Shown piece after piece: positions 52,421 through 64,000 of a stretch of 64,000 nt of DNA. Origin of the DNA: the human T2T-CHM13v2.0 reference genome, Homo sapiens; assembly GCF_009914755.1 (NCBI RefSeq), contig NC_060926.1, one strand, 5' to 3'. Made by a program: the position numbers and the translations under genes. The notes under the pieces are model-generated. The model was not told the origin of the DNA. It saw nothing but the letters and a program-made list of their open reading frames with translations, and ran no database searches. Every line of letters begins with the position of its first letter. Position 1 is the stretch's first letter.

Positions 52421-53523
52421 GTGAGTCTAGTCTGCAAAGTGGTGGCACAAAAGGTGGAGGGAGAGAGAATGTTACTAACAGCTCTATTTATTGAGTACCT
52501 ACTGTGTGCAGTAACCACGTTAGGCATTGTATGTACATATGACGTATTAGCCTCACAATAGCTTTGCAAAGGAAGGCATTATTAGTCCCATTTTGTTGAC
52601 AAGGAAACAGGCTCTAATCAGTGATGGAGTTGGGGGTATACATACTGGACTCCAGGGCATACGTCTGGACCTCTCCATCCTGGGCGTCCTCAGTGGAGTT
52701 CTCCCCCATGCTTGAGACCAGACCCTGGTCTTCCTGACTTCTGTCTGTCCATCTCTGTCCTGCACTGGTCCCACACAATAGCGTTGGGGGTGACCAGGCA
52801 GTCTCAGCCCCTTGGTTATGAGCTTCATGTGGGCAGGTTCTCGGTTCTCACTCATTCATCTTCAAACCCCAGTGCCTCAGGGCACAGTGCCAGGCATTGA
52901 TGGGGTCTTGGGGATTTGGGAGGGGGGGTTCAGCAAATGAGTCTGGAAAGAGCGCCTGAATAAACTGTTCATGGAGGGTTGTGCCAGGTCACTTGAAGGC
53001 TGAGGTCATTCGGGTATCAGGAGTTGAATTAAGAGCCTTCTTTCTCAGACCGGAAATGAGCTCCAGAAGAGAGAGCCTGGGTGGGTAGCTGAGGGAAGCA
53101 TCCGTCTTGGTCTGGACCACCAAGGCTCCAGATGTCTGGGGTGTTGGCCCTACATGGAGACAGAGGGGAGCTGGGGAGCCAGGACCCGGGTAAAGGGCCT
53201 AAGATCACAGGCCTCCCAGGGCAGCTGGTTTACCAGGACAGGGCCATGAGCCCTGGTGGAAGCTCAGAAGCCTACCTAGGGGAGCCACCAGTTTCCTGCC
53301 TCTCCCCTGGGGGGTTCAGGGGATTTGTCTTTAGGTGTGCATCTTGGCTGTAGGCATTGTCCTGACAGACCCAGGGGGAAGGGGACCCCCAGGAGCCCAG
53401 ACTCAGTGCTGCTCGATCCACTCTCTCCTGCCACCCCGCCCCATGGACTTTGTCTCTCTGTTGCCAAACCTGGAGGGTCTAGGTTGACAGCTTTCCCTCA
53501 AGCCCTCTTTCCTGGGTTTGCAG

Positions 53524-53592
53524 ACTCAGGCAAAGGGCGCAGAGGTGAGCACGGATCACCTGAAGCTATTCCTCTCCCGGCGGAGGTGGCAG
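53524..53592 (+). CDS. SPEG: SPEG exon 29 (kinase 1 regulatory tail, [11 protein letters not shown])
   Basis: ttgcag| ... CAG|GTAAGT. Confidence 0.95.
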
Positions 53593-53837
53593 GTAAGTGT
53601 GGCAGGCCAGCCTCTGTGCTTTCCACCTTCTCCTTTTCTCTAGCACTGCCTTCCCCCTCCCGTGGGCCTTCATCTCCTGCTCCTGTCTTCTCGCTTTCAC
53701 TGGCTCCATGCCTAGCTTCCTGCCTGTTCCCTGACCCTCTGCATGCTCAGGCCTCTTCCCCAGGGCTGAGGTGGGCCTGGGGGGGACAATCCTGCCCCAG
53801 GGGTCCCTCAGGTCTGACTCCAGTACCCTGTCTCCAG

Positions 53838-55812
53838 CGCTCCCAGATCAGCTACAAATGCCACCTGGTGCTGCGCCCCATCCCCGAGCTGCTGCGGGCC
53901 CCCCCAGAGCGGGTGTGGGTGACCATGCCCAGAAGGCCACCCCCCAGTGGGGGGCTCTCATCCTCCTCGGATTCTGAAGAGGAAGAGCTGGAAGAGCTGC
54001 CCTCAGTGCCCCGCCCACTGCAGCCCGAGTTCTCTGGCTCCCGGGTGTCCCTCACAGACATTCCCACTGAGGATGAGGCCCTGGGGACCCCAGAGACTGG
54101 GGCTGCCACCCCCATGGACTGGCAGGAGCAGGGAAGGGCTCCCTCTCAGGACCAGGAGGCTCCCAGCCCAGAGGCCCTCCCCTCCCCAGGCCAGGAGCCC
54201 GCAGCTGGGGCTAGCCCCAGGCGGGGAGAGCTCCGCAGGGGCAGCTCGGCTGAGAGCGCCCTGCCCCGGGCCGGGCCGCGGGAGCTGGGCCGGGGCCTGC
54301 ACAAGGCGGCGTCTGTGGAGCTGCCGCAGCGCCGGAGCCCCAGCCCGGGAGCCACCCGCCTGGCCCGGGGAGGCCTGGGTGAGGGCGAGTATGCCCAGAG
54401 GCTGCAGGCCCTGCGCCAGCGGCTGCTGCGGGGAGGCCCCGAGGATGGCAAGGTCAGCGGCCTCAGGGGTCCCCTGCTGGAGAGCCTGGGGGGCCGTGCT
54501 CGGGACCCCCGGATGGCACGAGCTGCCTCCAGCGAGGCAGCGCCCCACCACCAGCCCCCACTCGAGAACCGGGGCCTGCAAAAGAGCAGCAGCTTCTCCC
54601 AGGGTGAGGCGGAGCCCCGGGGCCGGCACCGCCGAGCGGGGGCGCCCCTCGAGATCCCCGTGGCCAGGCTTGGGGCCCGTAGGCTACAGGAGTCTCCTTC
54701 CCTGTCTGCCCTCAGCGAGGCCCAGCCATCCAGCCCTGCACGGCCCAGCGCCCCCAAACCCAGTACCCCTAAGTCTGCAGAACCTTCTGCCACCACACCT
54801 AGTGATGCTCCGCAGCCCCCCGCACCCCAGCCTGCCCAAGACAAGGCTCCAGAGCCCAGGCCAGAACCAGTCCGAGCCTCCAAGCCTGCACCACCCCCCC
54901 AGGCCCTGCAAACCCTAGCGCTGCCCCTCACACCCTATGCTCAGATCATTCAGTCCCTCCAGCTGTCAGGCCACGCCCAGGGCCCCTCGCAGGGCCCTGC
55001 CGCGCCGCCTTCAGAGCCCAAGCCCCACGCTGCTGTCTTTGCCAGGGTGGCCTCCCCACCTCCGGGAGCCCCCGAGAAGCGCGTGCCCTCAGCCGGGGGT
55101 CCCCCGGTGCTAGCCGAGAAAGCCCGAGTTCCCACGGTGCCCCCCAGGCCAGGCAGCAGTCTCAGTAGCAGCATCGAAAACTTGGAGTCGGAGGCCGTGT
55201 TCGAGGCCAAGTTCAAGCGCAGCCGCGAGTCGCCCCTGTCGCTGGGGCTGCGGCTGCTGAGCCGTTCGCGCTCGGAGGAGCGCGGCCCCTTCCGTGGGGC
55301 CGAGGAGGAGGATGGCATATACCGGCCCAGCCCGGCGGGGACCCCGCTGGAGCTGGTGCGACGGCCTGAGCGCTCACGCTCGGTGCAGGACCTCAGGGCT
55401 GTCGGAGAGCCTGGCCTCGTCCGCCGCCTCTCGCTGTCACTGTCCCAGCGGCTGCGGCGGACCCCTCCCGCGCAGCGCCACCCGGCCTGGGAGGCCCGCG
55501 GCGGGGACGGAGAGAGCTCGGAGGGCGGGAGCTCGGCGCGGGGCTCCCCGGTGCTGGCGATGCGCAGGCGGCTGAGCTTCACCCTGGAGCGGCTGTCCAG
55601 CCGATTGCAGCGCAGTGGCAGCAGCGAGGACTCGGGGGGCGCGTCGGGCCGCAGCACGCCGCTGTTCGGACGGCTTCGCAGGGCCACGTCCGAGGGCGAG
55701 AGTCTGCGGCGCCTTGGCCTTCCGCACAACCAGTTGGCCGCCCAGGCCGGCGCCACCACGCCTTCCGCCGAGTCCCTGGGCTCCGAGGCCAGCGCCACGT
55801 CGGGCTCCTCAG
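53838..55812 (+). CDS. SPEG: SPEG exon 30 (1975-nt inter-kinase linker; exonic CpG island)
   Basis: ctccag| ... G|GTGAGG; within ORF 53325..55832. Confidence 0.97.
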
Positions 55813-56085
55813 GTGAGGAGGGGCAGGGGTAGGGCAGCAGGTGCAGAGGAGGGTGGGGTGCGCTGGAGAGAGGCTGTGGGAGGAGCAGAGGGCTGGGGAC
55901 ACCCACCAGGGGCAGGCTGAGGCCCCGAGGGTGGAATCAGCAGGGCTGGAGGGGAGGAAAGCAGGAATGGCGGCAGGGCTGGGTGGGCTAGGGGTTCCTT
56001 CTGGTTCTCTGGGCTGAGGGCTGCAGAGAGGTGGGAACTTGCTGGTACTGACTGAACAAATACTCACGGGCCTGAGTCTTCACAG

Positions 56086-56217
56086 CCCCAGGGGAAAGCC
56101 GAAGCCGGCTCCGCTGGGGCTTCTCTCGGCCGCGGAAGGACAAGGGGTTATCGCCACCAAACCTCTCTGCCAGCGTCCAGGAGGAGTTGGGTCACCAGTA
56201 CGTGCGCAGTGAGTCAG
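56086..56217 (+). CDS. SPEG: SPEG exon 31
   Basis: tcacag| [12 protein letters not shown]... G|GTAATA. Confidence 0.93.
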
Positions 56218-58933
56218 GTAATAAGAGGCCTGCTGGGTGAGGACCCTCCTCCCCTCCTGCCCTCCCCTACCCCCATCAGGGAGCAGTCATGGCTGGTGAG
56301 AGGTGGGCCACCTTGACAAACCTAGTGGAAGGGGTCTGCTCAGACAACTATAACAATAGCAGTAGCTGACATTCATTAGATAAGCTGAGTGTTCTATTAA
56401 ACACTTTACAAGCACTGCCTCATTCAATCCTGCAGCACTGTTTGGGAAATATTAGTATCATTGTCTCTACTGTACAGGTGAGGAAACGGGCTTAGTGATG
56501 CTAAGGATCTGTCCAAGTCACAGGGCTAGTAAGTGGAGCAGCTGAAGTTGGACTGTGTGACCTTCTGCAGCCAGGTCCCTGAAACGGCTTCAGGACACCA
56601 CTTACGTCTGTCGGGCTGGCCTCCTCTCTCCTGGGAGACCCTAGAATGTTTCTGTAACTGGCTGTACTTTTCAAGGAGCTCAAGATATAGGGCCCTCCTG
56701 CCTCCACAGTCCCCCTTTAGATGTGTGTGTGCTTGGGTGTGTACCCAAAGACACTCACTTTCTCTCCAGCCTAGAGGACCACGACCTGGATTGTGCCCCC
56801 TAAGTCTCCATTGCTCTGCAGCTCCGAACACCTGACTGCCCCTCCCTGACCCTTCTGCACAGAAAAGCAGCCTTTGGAGCTCTTTGCTAGCTCTTTGCCC
56901 TCTTCTGTTTCTCTGCCTGAGTGTCCTGGAGCTCCAGATAGGGAGGCATTCCCCATGTGGGGTCACCCCATCCCCCCTGAAAAAGGGGCATTACTCAAGG
57001 ACGACAAGCAAAGGCTTCGGGAGGTTGGGTTTTCCAGGCCAGCATGCAGGAAGGGAGCGAGTCCATGAAGCCAGGCTGTGTGCAGGATCTTGACAAGCCA
57101 CCAGTCCTGTTCTTCCCCCATTTCCTGGTAAAACTCAGAATAGAGTGGCTGTCGAGTCTTGCCTCAGCTGGGCTTATAGGGATTGTGTCCAGCCTTGGCC
57201 AGGGCAAAGGGGGCTGCAGTGAGAGAAAAGGATGGAGGGAAGGGCTGCTGGTGGGGAGGGGAGGGTGGAGAGTGAGGGGGAAAGAAAGCGATCAGCCAGC
57301 AGAGAGGCCTGGGGACAGCTGATCCCTTCCCACCTGGGGCCTCCCTCCCGGCCCAGTTTTGCTTATGCAGCTGATTTCCTGCTGAGGCAGTGTCCCCTTA
57401 CCTCATCCGCTCCCCGTTCCCTGCAGAAACAAGGCTGTCCCAGGCTACTTTAACAACCAGGGCTGGCACCTAGGAATGGGGGTGGGGCTGGCGGGGCTGG
57501 CAGGGCTGGGCCCGGGTCACTTTCACCTCTGAGAGAGGTGGCCTCTCTCTCTCTCTCCCTGCTACCCAGTACCCTCACTTGGCCTGGAGGCAGCCATTGA
57601 GAAACTGTGTTCACATTGCCTTGTTGGAACCTCAGTGTGGGACCCCTCCTTGGGGAGCAGTGGGGTACAGCGGGAAGGGGGCACACTGCCATCCTGATCA
57701 CCACACCTGCTGAGTACTCCTCTTCTGCCTGGCTCATCCCCACTCCCAGTCCCCCACAATTCTTCAGACAGGCAGCAGCTGGGGCTCACAAGGCTCCTCA
57801 GCTTTCTCTTCCCAGGTGAATAAAATCCACCCCCAAGTCCTCCCCTATCCCCACCCTTCACCCACCACCCCCATGGCCCAGCTGGGATTCTTCTAAAGGG
57901 ACATTCCCAGGGATCATGCACTCAAATCCTCAGGGCACTAAAGAGGCACAGGCTGGCTACATTGGAGGAAGGAAAACTGGTCGCATCCCTAGCCCTGCAT
58001 GTGCACAGCCACCAGCTAGCTGTGAAGGCAGCTTCTCTGCTTTGCTGAAACAGCCTTTCTCTGGGGGTCTGTCTGCTCCAGGCTTCTCTGCTGGCCATAT
58101 TATTGAGATAATGATAACAACAAGAGAAGTTAGTATTTATGATCAGTTACTCTATGGCAGACACTTTACATGCCTCGTAATTGTCACAGCAAGCATCCTG
58201 TGGGCGTGGGATTATTTTCCTTGATTTACAGATTAGAAATGGAGCTTCTGAGAGAGTAAATGACTTGCCCAAGGTCAGGCAGATACTGTCTCTTGCCCCT
58301 TCAAAAGCTCTCACCACTTAATTGACCTGAAGGAGTATACAGAAGACCTACGACCCTGTCCCCCGATGGCAGGTGGGAAGAGGGGCCAGGAAGCCGACAC
58401 GCTTCCAGGGTCTGCCCACAGTTTTCCTAGACTGCAGCTCTTTTGAGACTGCACATTCTGATAGAACATTCCTCATTTGGTCCCATCTCAGCTCGGGTCA
58501 CTAACTCATCTCAATTCTCTTCTCACTTGCCCTGTGGTGCCCCAGAGAGGGTAGGTCTTGCAGGATCTTAACCATTATAGTTTTTCAGTATTTGTTTGCT
58601 TTTATTTTATTTAACAAATGCTTATAGACCACTTACTTAGTGCCAGGCCCTGCTCTAAGTGATTTACAAACCCATGACATAAGTAGCATTGTCAGCAGTC
58701 AGTGCAAGGAAAAAGCAGTTCTGCACACAGTGAGGGCCTGGGGAAAGTGATGCTTGCCCCAAAGAAAATTATCGAAGGCATGGCGTGGGGTTCCACTTTC
58801 CACATCTGCCTGGGAAGAGACAAAGTTTCATGCTGCTTCCTGATGGCTGTTTGCAGGCCTTCTCCACCCCTCCCTCAGCAGTAAGTGGGCCAGGGTCCCT
58901 ACAGATAGATGGCTGTCTCTGCTTTTCCTCCAG

Positions 58934-59050
58934 ACTTCCCCCCAGTCTTCCACATCAAACTCAAGGACCAGGTGCTGCTGGAGGGGGAGGCAGCCACCCT
59001 GCTCTGCCTGCCAGCGGCCTGCCCTGCACCGCACATCTCCTGGATGAAAG
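58934..59050 (+). CDS. SPEG: SPEG exon 32 (Ig)
   Basis: ctccag| [12 protein letters not shown]... G|GTAAGG. Confidence 0.96.
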
Positions 59051-59237
59051 GTAAGGAGACTCTGTCTCCCACAGAGAGGGAGGCCAGCAAGTGGCCCTGA
59101 GCCCAGGGGATGGGAGGGGCTAGGCCGGAGTGGGGACTGAGCACGGTTAGGGGGGATGCTGGAGTGGGGAGTGAGTGACGGGGCCTGGACATGTGCTGCC
59201 TCACTCAGCAGCAACTCCTGCTCCTCCCTGTCCCCAG

Positions 59238-59405
59238 ACAAGAAGTCCTTGAGGTCAGAGCCCTCAGTGATCATCGTGTCCTGCAAAGATGGGCGGCAGC
59301 TGCTCAGCATCCCCCGGGCGGGCAAGCGGCACGCCGGTCTCTATGAGTGCTCGGCCACCAACGTACTGGGCAGCATCACCAGCTCCTGTACCGTGGCTGT
59401 GGCCC
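59238..59405 (+). CDS. SPEG: SPEG exon 33 (Ig)
   Basis: ccccag| ...[11 protein letters not shown]... C|GTGAGC. Confidence 0.96.
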
Positions 59406-59517
59406 GTGAGCCTGGGGCAGGGCCCCAGGGGGGTAGTGATGGGGATGGTGGGACAGGTCTTGAGGGGTTCTTAGCTAGGGTATAGGGGCTCACTGGGACT
59501 CTTCTTTCTCTTGCCAG

Positions 59518-59640
59518 GAGTCCCAGGAAAGCTAGCTCCTCCAGAGGTACCCCAGACCTACCAGGACACGGCGCTGGTGCTGTGGAAGCCGGGAGACAGC
59601 CGGGCACCTTGCACGTATACGCTGGAGCGGCGAGTGGATG
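59518..59640 (+). CDS. SPEG: SPEG exon 34 (FN3)
   Basis: tgccag| ... G|GTGAGG; LVLWKPG...YTLE. Confidence 0.95.
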
Positions 59641-59793
59641 GTGAGGATGGGGCAGCTGGAGGGTTGGGGGAGCGGCAGGGGGAGGGTAGAGGAGTCTGGT
59701 AAGGCCAGTGCCCTCCCAGGCTCCACAGATAGCACCGTGGGAGCTGGGGCCACCGCTTCTGTGACCTCAGCCCCTCCCCCATACTGCCTATAG

Positions 59794-59961
59794 GGGAGTC
59801 TGTGTGGCACCCTGTGAGCTCAGGCATCCCCGACTGTTACTACAACGTGACCCACCTGCCAGTTGGCGTGACTGTGAGGTTCCGTGTGGCCTGTGCCAAC
59901 CGTGCTGGGCAGGGGCCCTTCAGCAACTCTTCTGAGAAGGTCTTTGTCAGGGGTACTCAAG
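59794..59961 (+). CDS. SPEG: SPEG exon 35 (FN3)
   Basis: ctatag| ... G|GTCAGT; [15 protein letters not shown]. Confidence 0.95.
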
Positions 59962-60075
59962 GTCAGTGCAATGGTATGGGGTGGGAGGAGGAAGGGGGCT
60001 CTGAGCCTAGGGTTCTTGTGGAGCACCATGGCCTTGCCCCAAGGCACCACGGTGATGATTTTCTCTCTCTCTTAG

Positions 60076-60679
60076 ATTCTTCAGCTGTGCCATCTGCTGC
60101 CCACCAAGAGGCCCCTGTCACCTCAGGGCCAGCCAGGGCCCGGCCTCCTGACTCTCCTACCTCACTGGCCCCACCCCTAGCTCCTGCTGCCCCCACACCC
60201 CCGTCAGTCACTGTCAGCCCCTCATCTCCCCCCACACCTCCTAGCCAGGCCTTGTCCTCGCTCAAGGCTGTGGGTCCACCACCCCAAACCCCTCCACGAA
60301 GACACAGGGGCCTGCAGGCTGCCCGGCCAGCGGAGCCCACCCTACCCAGTACCCACGTCACCCCAAGTGAGCCCAAGCCTTTCGTCCTTGACACTGGGAC
60401 CCCGATCCCAGCCTCCACTCCTCAAGGGGTTAAACCAGTGTCTTCCTCTACTCCTGTGTATGTGGTGACTTCCTTTGTGTCTGCACCACCAGCCCCTGAG
60501 CCCCCAGCCCCTGAGCCCCCTCCTGAGCCTACCAAGGTGACTGTGCAGAGCCTCAGCCCAGCCAAGGAGGTGGTCAGCTCCCCTGGGAGCAGTCCCCGAA
60601 GCTCTCCCAGGCCTGAGGGTACCACTCTTCGACAGGGTCCCCCTCAGAAACCCTACACCTTCCTGGAGGAGAAAGCCAG
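60076..60679 (+). CDS. SPEG: SPEG exon 36 (Pro-rich linker, start of kinase 2); ends in GC donor
   Basis: tcttag| ... CAG|GCAAGC; junction gives [13 protein letters not shown]. Confidence 0.93.
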
Positions 60680-61148
60680 GCAAGCAGGGCTGGGGAAGGG
60701 AAGAGGACAGAGGGGAGTGGGCCAAATGTCTGGAGCACATGGCTTCGGAGAGAAGACCAGACTGTCCTGGCTGGCGTGGGGGGAGGTGCTGAGACCTGGG
60801 TTATTAGAATGATTGCGTTCAAATGTGCCAGACACTGCACTGCGTGCTTTAGCCATATGATCTCATCAAATCTTCACAACTCTGAGAGACACTGCGCTAT
60901 TAGCATCACCCATTTCACAGGTGGCAAAGCTGAGGTTAGAGAAGCTATGGGATTTACCTAAGGTACAGAGCCAGTGAGTGGCGAAGGTGGGACTCGAACC
61001 CTGGTTTCTAGGATTGAACTCTGGAGCCCACACTGGAACCACTGCATTCTTGCCCCTAGGGGTCCCTGCTCTCCTCCGTTAGCCCTCACTATGGAAGTGT
61101 CCCCCTCCTCTCCTCTGAGCCGGTGGTGTCCCTCCCCCCGACACACAG

Positions 61149-61388
61149 GGGCCGCTTTGGTGTTGTGCGAGCGTGCCGGGAGAATGCCACGGGGCGAACG
61201 TTCGTGGCCAAGATCGTGCCCTATGCTGCCGAGGGCAAGCGGCGGGTCCTGCAGGAGTACGAGGTGCTGCGGACCCTGCACCACGAGCGGATCATGTCCC
61301 TGCACGAGGCCTACATCACCCCTCGGTACCTCGTGCTCATTGCTGAGAGCTGTGGCAACCGGGAACTCCTCTGTGGGCTCAGTGACAG
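61149..61388 (+). CDS. SPEG: SPEG exon 37 (kinase 2 N-lobe)
   Basis: acacag| GRFGVV...FVAKIV... AG|GTAGCT. Confidence 0.96.
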
Positions 61389-61472
61389 GTAGCTGGGAAT
61401 TCTAGGGGAGTAGGGAGGAAGAGGTAGGGGAGGCTGGGCCGGGTATCATCTGCTCCATCCCTGCCCTCCCAG

Positions 61473-61696
61473 GTTCCGGTATTCTGAGGATGACGTGGCC
61501 ACTTACATGGTGCAGCTGCTACAAGGCCTGGACTACCTCCACGGCCGCCACGTGCTCCACCTAGACATCAAGCCAGACAACCTGCTGCTGGCCCCTGACA
61601 ATGCCCTCAAGATTGTGGACTTTGGCAGTGCCCAGCCCTACAACCCCCAGGCCCTTAGGCCCCTTGGCCACCGCACGGGCACGCTGGAGTTCATGG
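61473..61696 (+). CDS. SPEG: SPEG exon 38 (kinase 2 [11 protein letters not shown])
   Basis: ctcccag| ... G|GTGAGG. Confidence 0.97.
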
Positions 61697-62533
61697 GTGA
61701 GGGGACCAGCTGCCAGCCAGGGTGGGGACAGGGCCCTGCCAGAGAGGCAGCAGCCAGGGCTCACCCCACTTCACTTACATATGTGCCACTTATTGAGTGA
61801 TTACTGTATTCAAGCAATGAACGAAGTATGTGGATTGATCTTTACAATAACCCTGGAGTGTGGCATAATATTAGCCCCCTTTTACAGATGAGGAAACTGA
61901 GGGGTACTGATGTTAGGGATTTGTGCAATCAGACAATTATAAATGCTAGAGGCAGGATTCACTACAGCCAAAAAGACAGGAGAATCAATTATTATTTTAT
62001 TTAAATAAGGAGAACCAGCTACCATCGAGCACCCTGCTAAATGCTTGACGTTCATGATCTCTCTTCCTTGGTGTGGTTCTACAGGCCACACTTTACGGAT
62101 GAGGCTGTGGAGAGCCAGGCAGGTTTAGTAAATCGCCCAGGGTCCCATAGCTAGAAGGGGCAGGTCTGGGATTAGAGCCAGCCAGGCTGATTTTGAAGGC
62201 TTTTAATCTTGGTGTCAGCCACACTCTTTGTGAATGGGAGCCATACCTTGGAGCCGATCCAAGGGAGCTTGTCACCCTGCTTCTCAGCCCCTCTGGAGTT
62301 CTGGGGACCCCGCCATTTTGTGCCTGGGTTAATTCCTCAGGTGACCCATATGTCTCTTGGGGTATGCCACCACCTCTGTCCTGCCTACTGGCCTTCAGGG
62401 CCTGCCACTCTGGACATTCCCATGGTCTGGTGACCAGGACATTGTCCTGCTGCTCAAGCACCCAGGCACCTCCCCCGCCCCCACTTCCCTGCCACCAGGA
62501 AGCTGGGTCAGCTTGGCCTCTGTCTCCTGTCAG

Positions 62534-62609
62534 CTCCGGAGATGGTGAAGGGAGAACCCATCGGCTCTGCCACGGACATCTGGGGAGCGGGTGTGCTCAC
62601 TTACATTAT
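62534..62609 (+). CDS. SPEG: SPEG exon 39 (kinase 2 APE, DIWGAG)
   Basis: tgtcag| ... AT|GTGAGT. Confidence 0.96.
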
Positions 62610-62850
62610 GTGAGTGTCCCCTACCCCACCGCAGCCCTCTCTGCCCATATAGTGAGCTCCCGGACTCACCTTCTGCCAACACCCTCTCCCCCGTGCCCCA
62701 CCTCCCCTGTACACACATCCACACTGCACACTCACACTCAGGTGCACAGTAGCATGGCCCTGAGCACTGTGCACCTGACACTAATGTCCTTCTGGGTCTG
62801 GGTGTTGGCCTCCGGTCTGCATATGTCAATCAAGCTATCTTCCCCAACAG

Positions 62851-63000
62851 GCTCAGTGGACGCTCCCCGTTCTATGAGCCAGACCCCCAGGAAACGGAGG
62901 CTCGGATTGTGGGGGGCCGCTTTGATGCCTTCCAGCTGTACCCCAATACATCCCAGAGCGCCACCCTCTTCTTGCGAAAGGTTCTCTCTGTACATCCCTG
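62851..63000 (+). CDS. SPEG: SPEG exon 40 (kinase 2)
   Basis: caacag| LSGRSPFY... TG|GTGAGT. Confidence 0.96.
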
Positions 63001-63333
63001 GTGAGTGAGCCCCACACCTGCTATCCCCCAGTGTTACCTGCCCCTGGCCTGGCCTGTGCCAGAGATCTCCCAGCTCCTCCCCTGCTCCTAGGAAGAAGTC
63101 TGCTGCTTCTACTAAATGGTCATACTACCCACCATTTAAAGCCTGAGGCAGCCCCGTGCAAGGCAGACTCACTGTCCCCATTCCGGAGACTGGGGAACTG
63201 AGCTCTTGAGCTGCCCAAGATCACACATGTAGGGGTGGGATCCAGGACTGGGACATGGGTCTGCGGGAGGACAGAGCCCCGGCAGCTCCCAGAGCTTCCT
63301 TCCAGGTTCATCATCCCTGGCTCTGCCTGGCAG

Positions 63334-63526
63334 GAGCCGGCCCTCCCTGCAGGACTGCCTGGCCCACCCATGGTTGCAGGACGCCTACCTGATGAAGCTG
63401 CGCCGCCAGACGCTCACCTTCACCACCAACCGGCTCAAGGAGTTCCTGGGCGAGCAGCGGCGGCGCCGGGCTGAGGCTGCCACCCGCCACAAGGTGCTGC
63501 TGCGCTCCTACCCTGGCGGCCCCTAG
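63334..63526 (+). CDS. SPEG: SPEG exon 41, coding part (stop TAG)
   Basis: ggcag| [14 protein letters not shown]...SYPGGP*. Confidence 0.97.
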
Positions 63527-64000
63527 AGGCACGGACCACAGCCAGGCCTCGGGCTTCAACTGGGGTTCCCACCAATGCCACGGGACATTCCAGGGCCCAC
63601 GCTGAGCCAGGAGGGCCTGGGGCTTCGGTTACCACCAGCAGCAACATCTGGCTGGGCTCTTACCTCATAGACCTTCAAGGACAGAGACCCCAGGGCCTGG
63701 ACCTGATGCCACCCCAGGCCAAAGCCAGAGTGGGAGACCCATTGGTCAGGCTCAGCAGGGTGGGAACAGGCAGAGGGACAAGAGGGGAATGGAGAAGTGG
63801 AGAGGAAAAGGAATCGAGGGACAGGAAGGGGGAGGCTCTAGGAAGGTTCTGGGTTGGGGGTCAGTGCATCTCAGGGAGAACCAAGGAAGGTGGGCATGGC
63901 TGGAGAGGAGGAAAAGGAAGGAGCCCCAGGTGTCAGGGCAGTAGGCTGGGAGTCAGTGTGGCAAAGCGGGGGCAGGACACAGATACAGTGGCAGGGGCCC
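63527..64000 (+). other. SPEG: SPEG 3'UTR (continues beyond window)
   Basis: Follows stop codon; no AATAAA seen before window end. Confidence 0.8.

Noticed and set aside
53947-55906. Alternative-frame and antisense ORFs of 200-320 aa over exon 30
   Set aside because: Expected from stop-codon depletion at this GC content; no independent evidence
52400-64000. Possible overlapping antisense lncRNA (recalled annotation near the SPEG 3' half)
   Set aside because: No exon structure or poly(A) site could be supported from the sequence alone

Overview
Human/primate genomic DNA (Alu-, MIR- and L2-rich, GC-rich) containing the whole coding region of SPEG (striated muscle enriched protein kinase) on the + strand. 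Tracing splice sites by hand gives 41 coding exons from ATG 5758 to TAG 63524-63526. They total 9804 nt, or 3267 aa: Ig-like domains, two FN3 domains, two long low-complexity linkers and two tandem MLCK/obscurin-type Ser/Thr kinase domains. The locus also shows a multi-isoform structure: a MEF2-box CpG promoter (long isoform), a second CpG-island first exon (~12.6-12.9 kb, BPEG-type), a probable third promoter (~31.4 kb, SPEG-alpha/APEG-1) and an internal terminal exon with a poly(A) signal (36772-~37580). Most entries in the supplied ORF track are spurious (Alu-derived, antisense to GC-rich exons, or intron read-through). The most interesting signals are: (1) the alternative N-terminus MKKLWVKKRFQ|KTGHSRRAFGRLTH, which closely resembles the smooth-muscle MLCK autoinhibitory/calmodulin-binding segment but has no kinase next to it; (2) a nine-copy UGCAUG (RBFOX) array plus a QKI-type branch point in front of the internal terminal exon; (3) a U12-type intron and a 27-nt microexon in kinase 1; (4) a candidate 30-nt neural microexon and an in-frame GC donor; (5) two small, odd insertions inside old repeats. 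Repeat boundaries are approximate, and no database searches were run.
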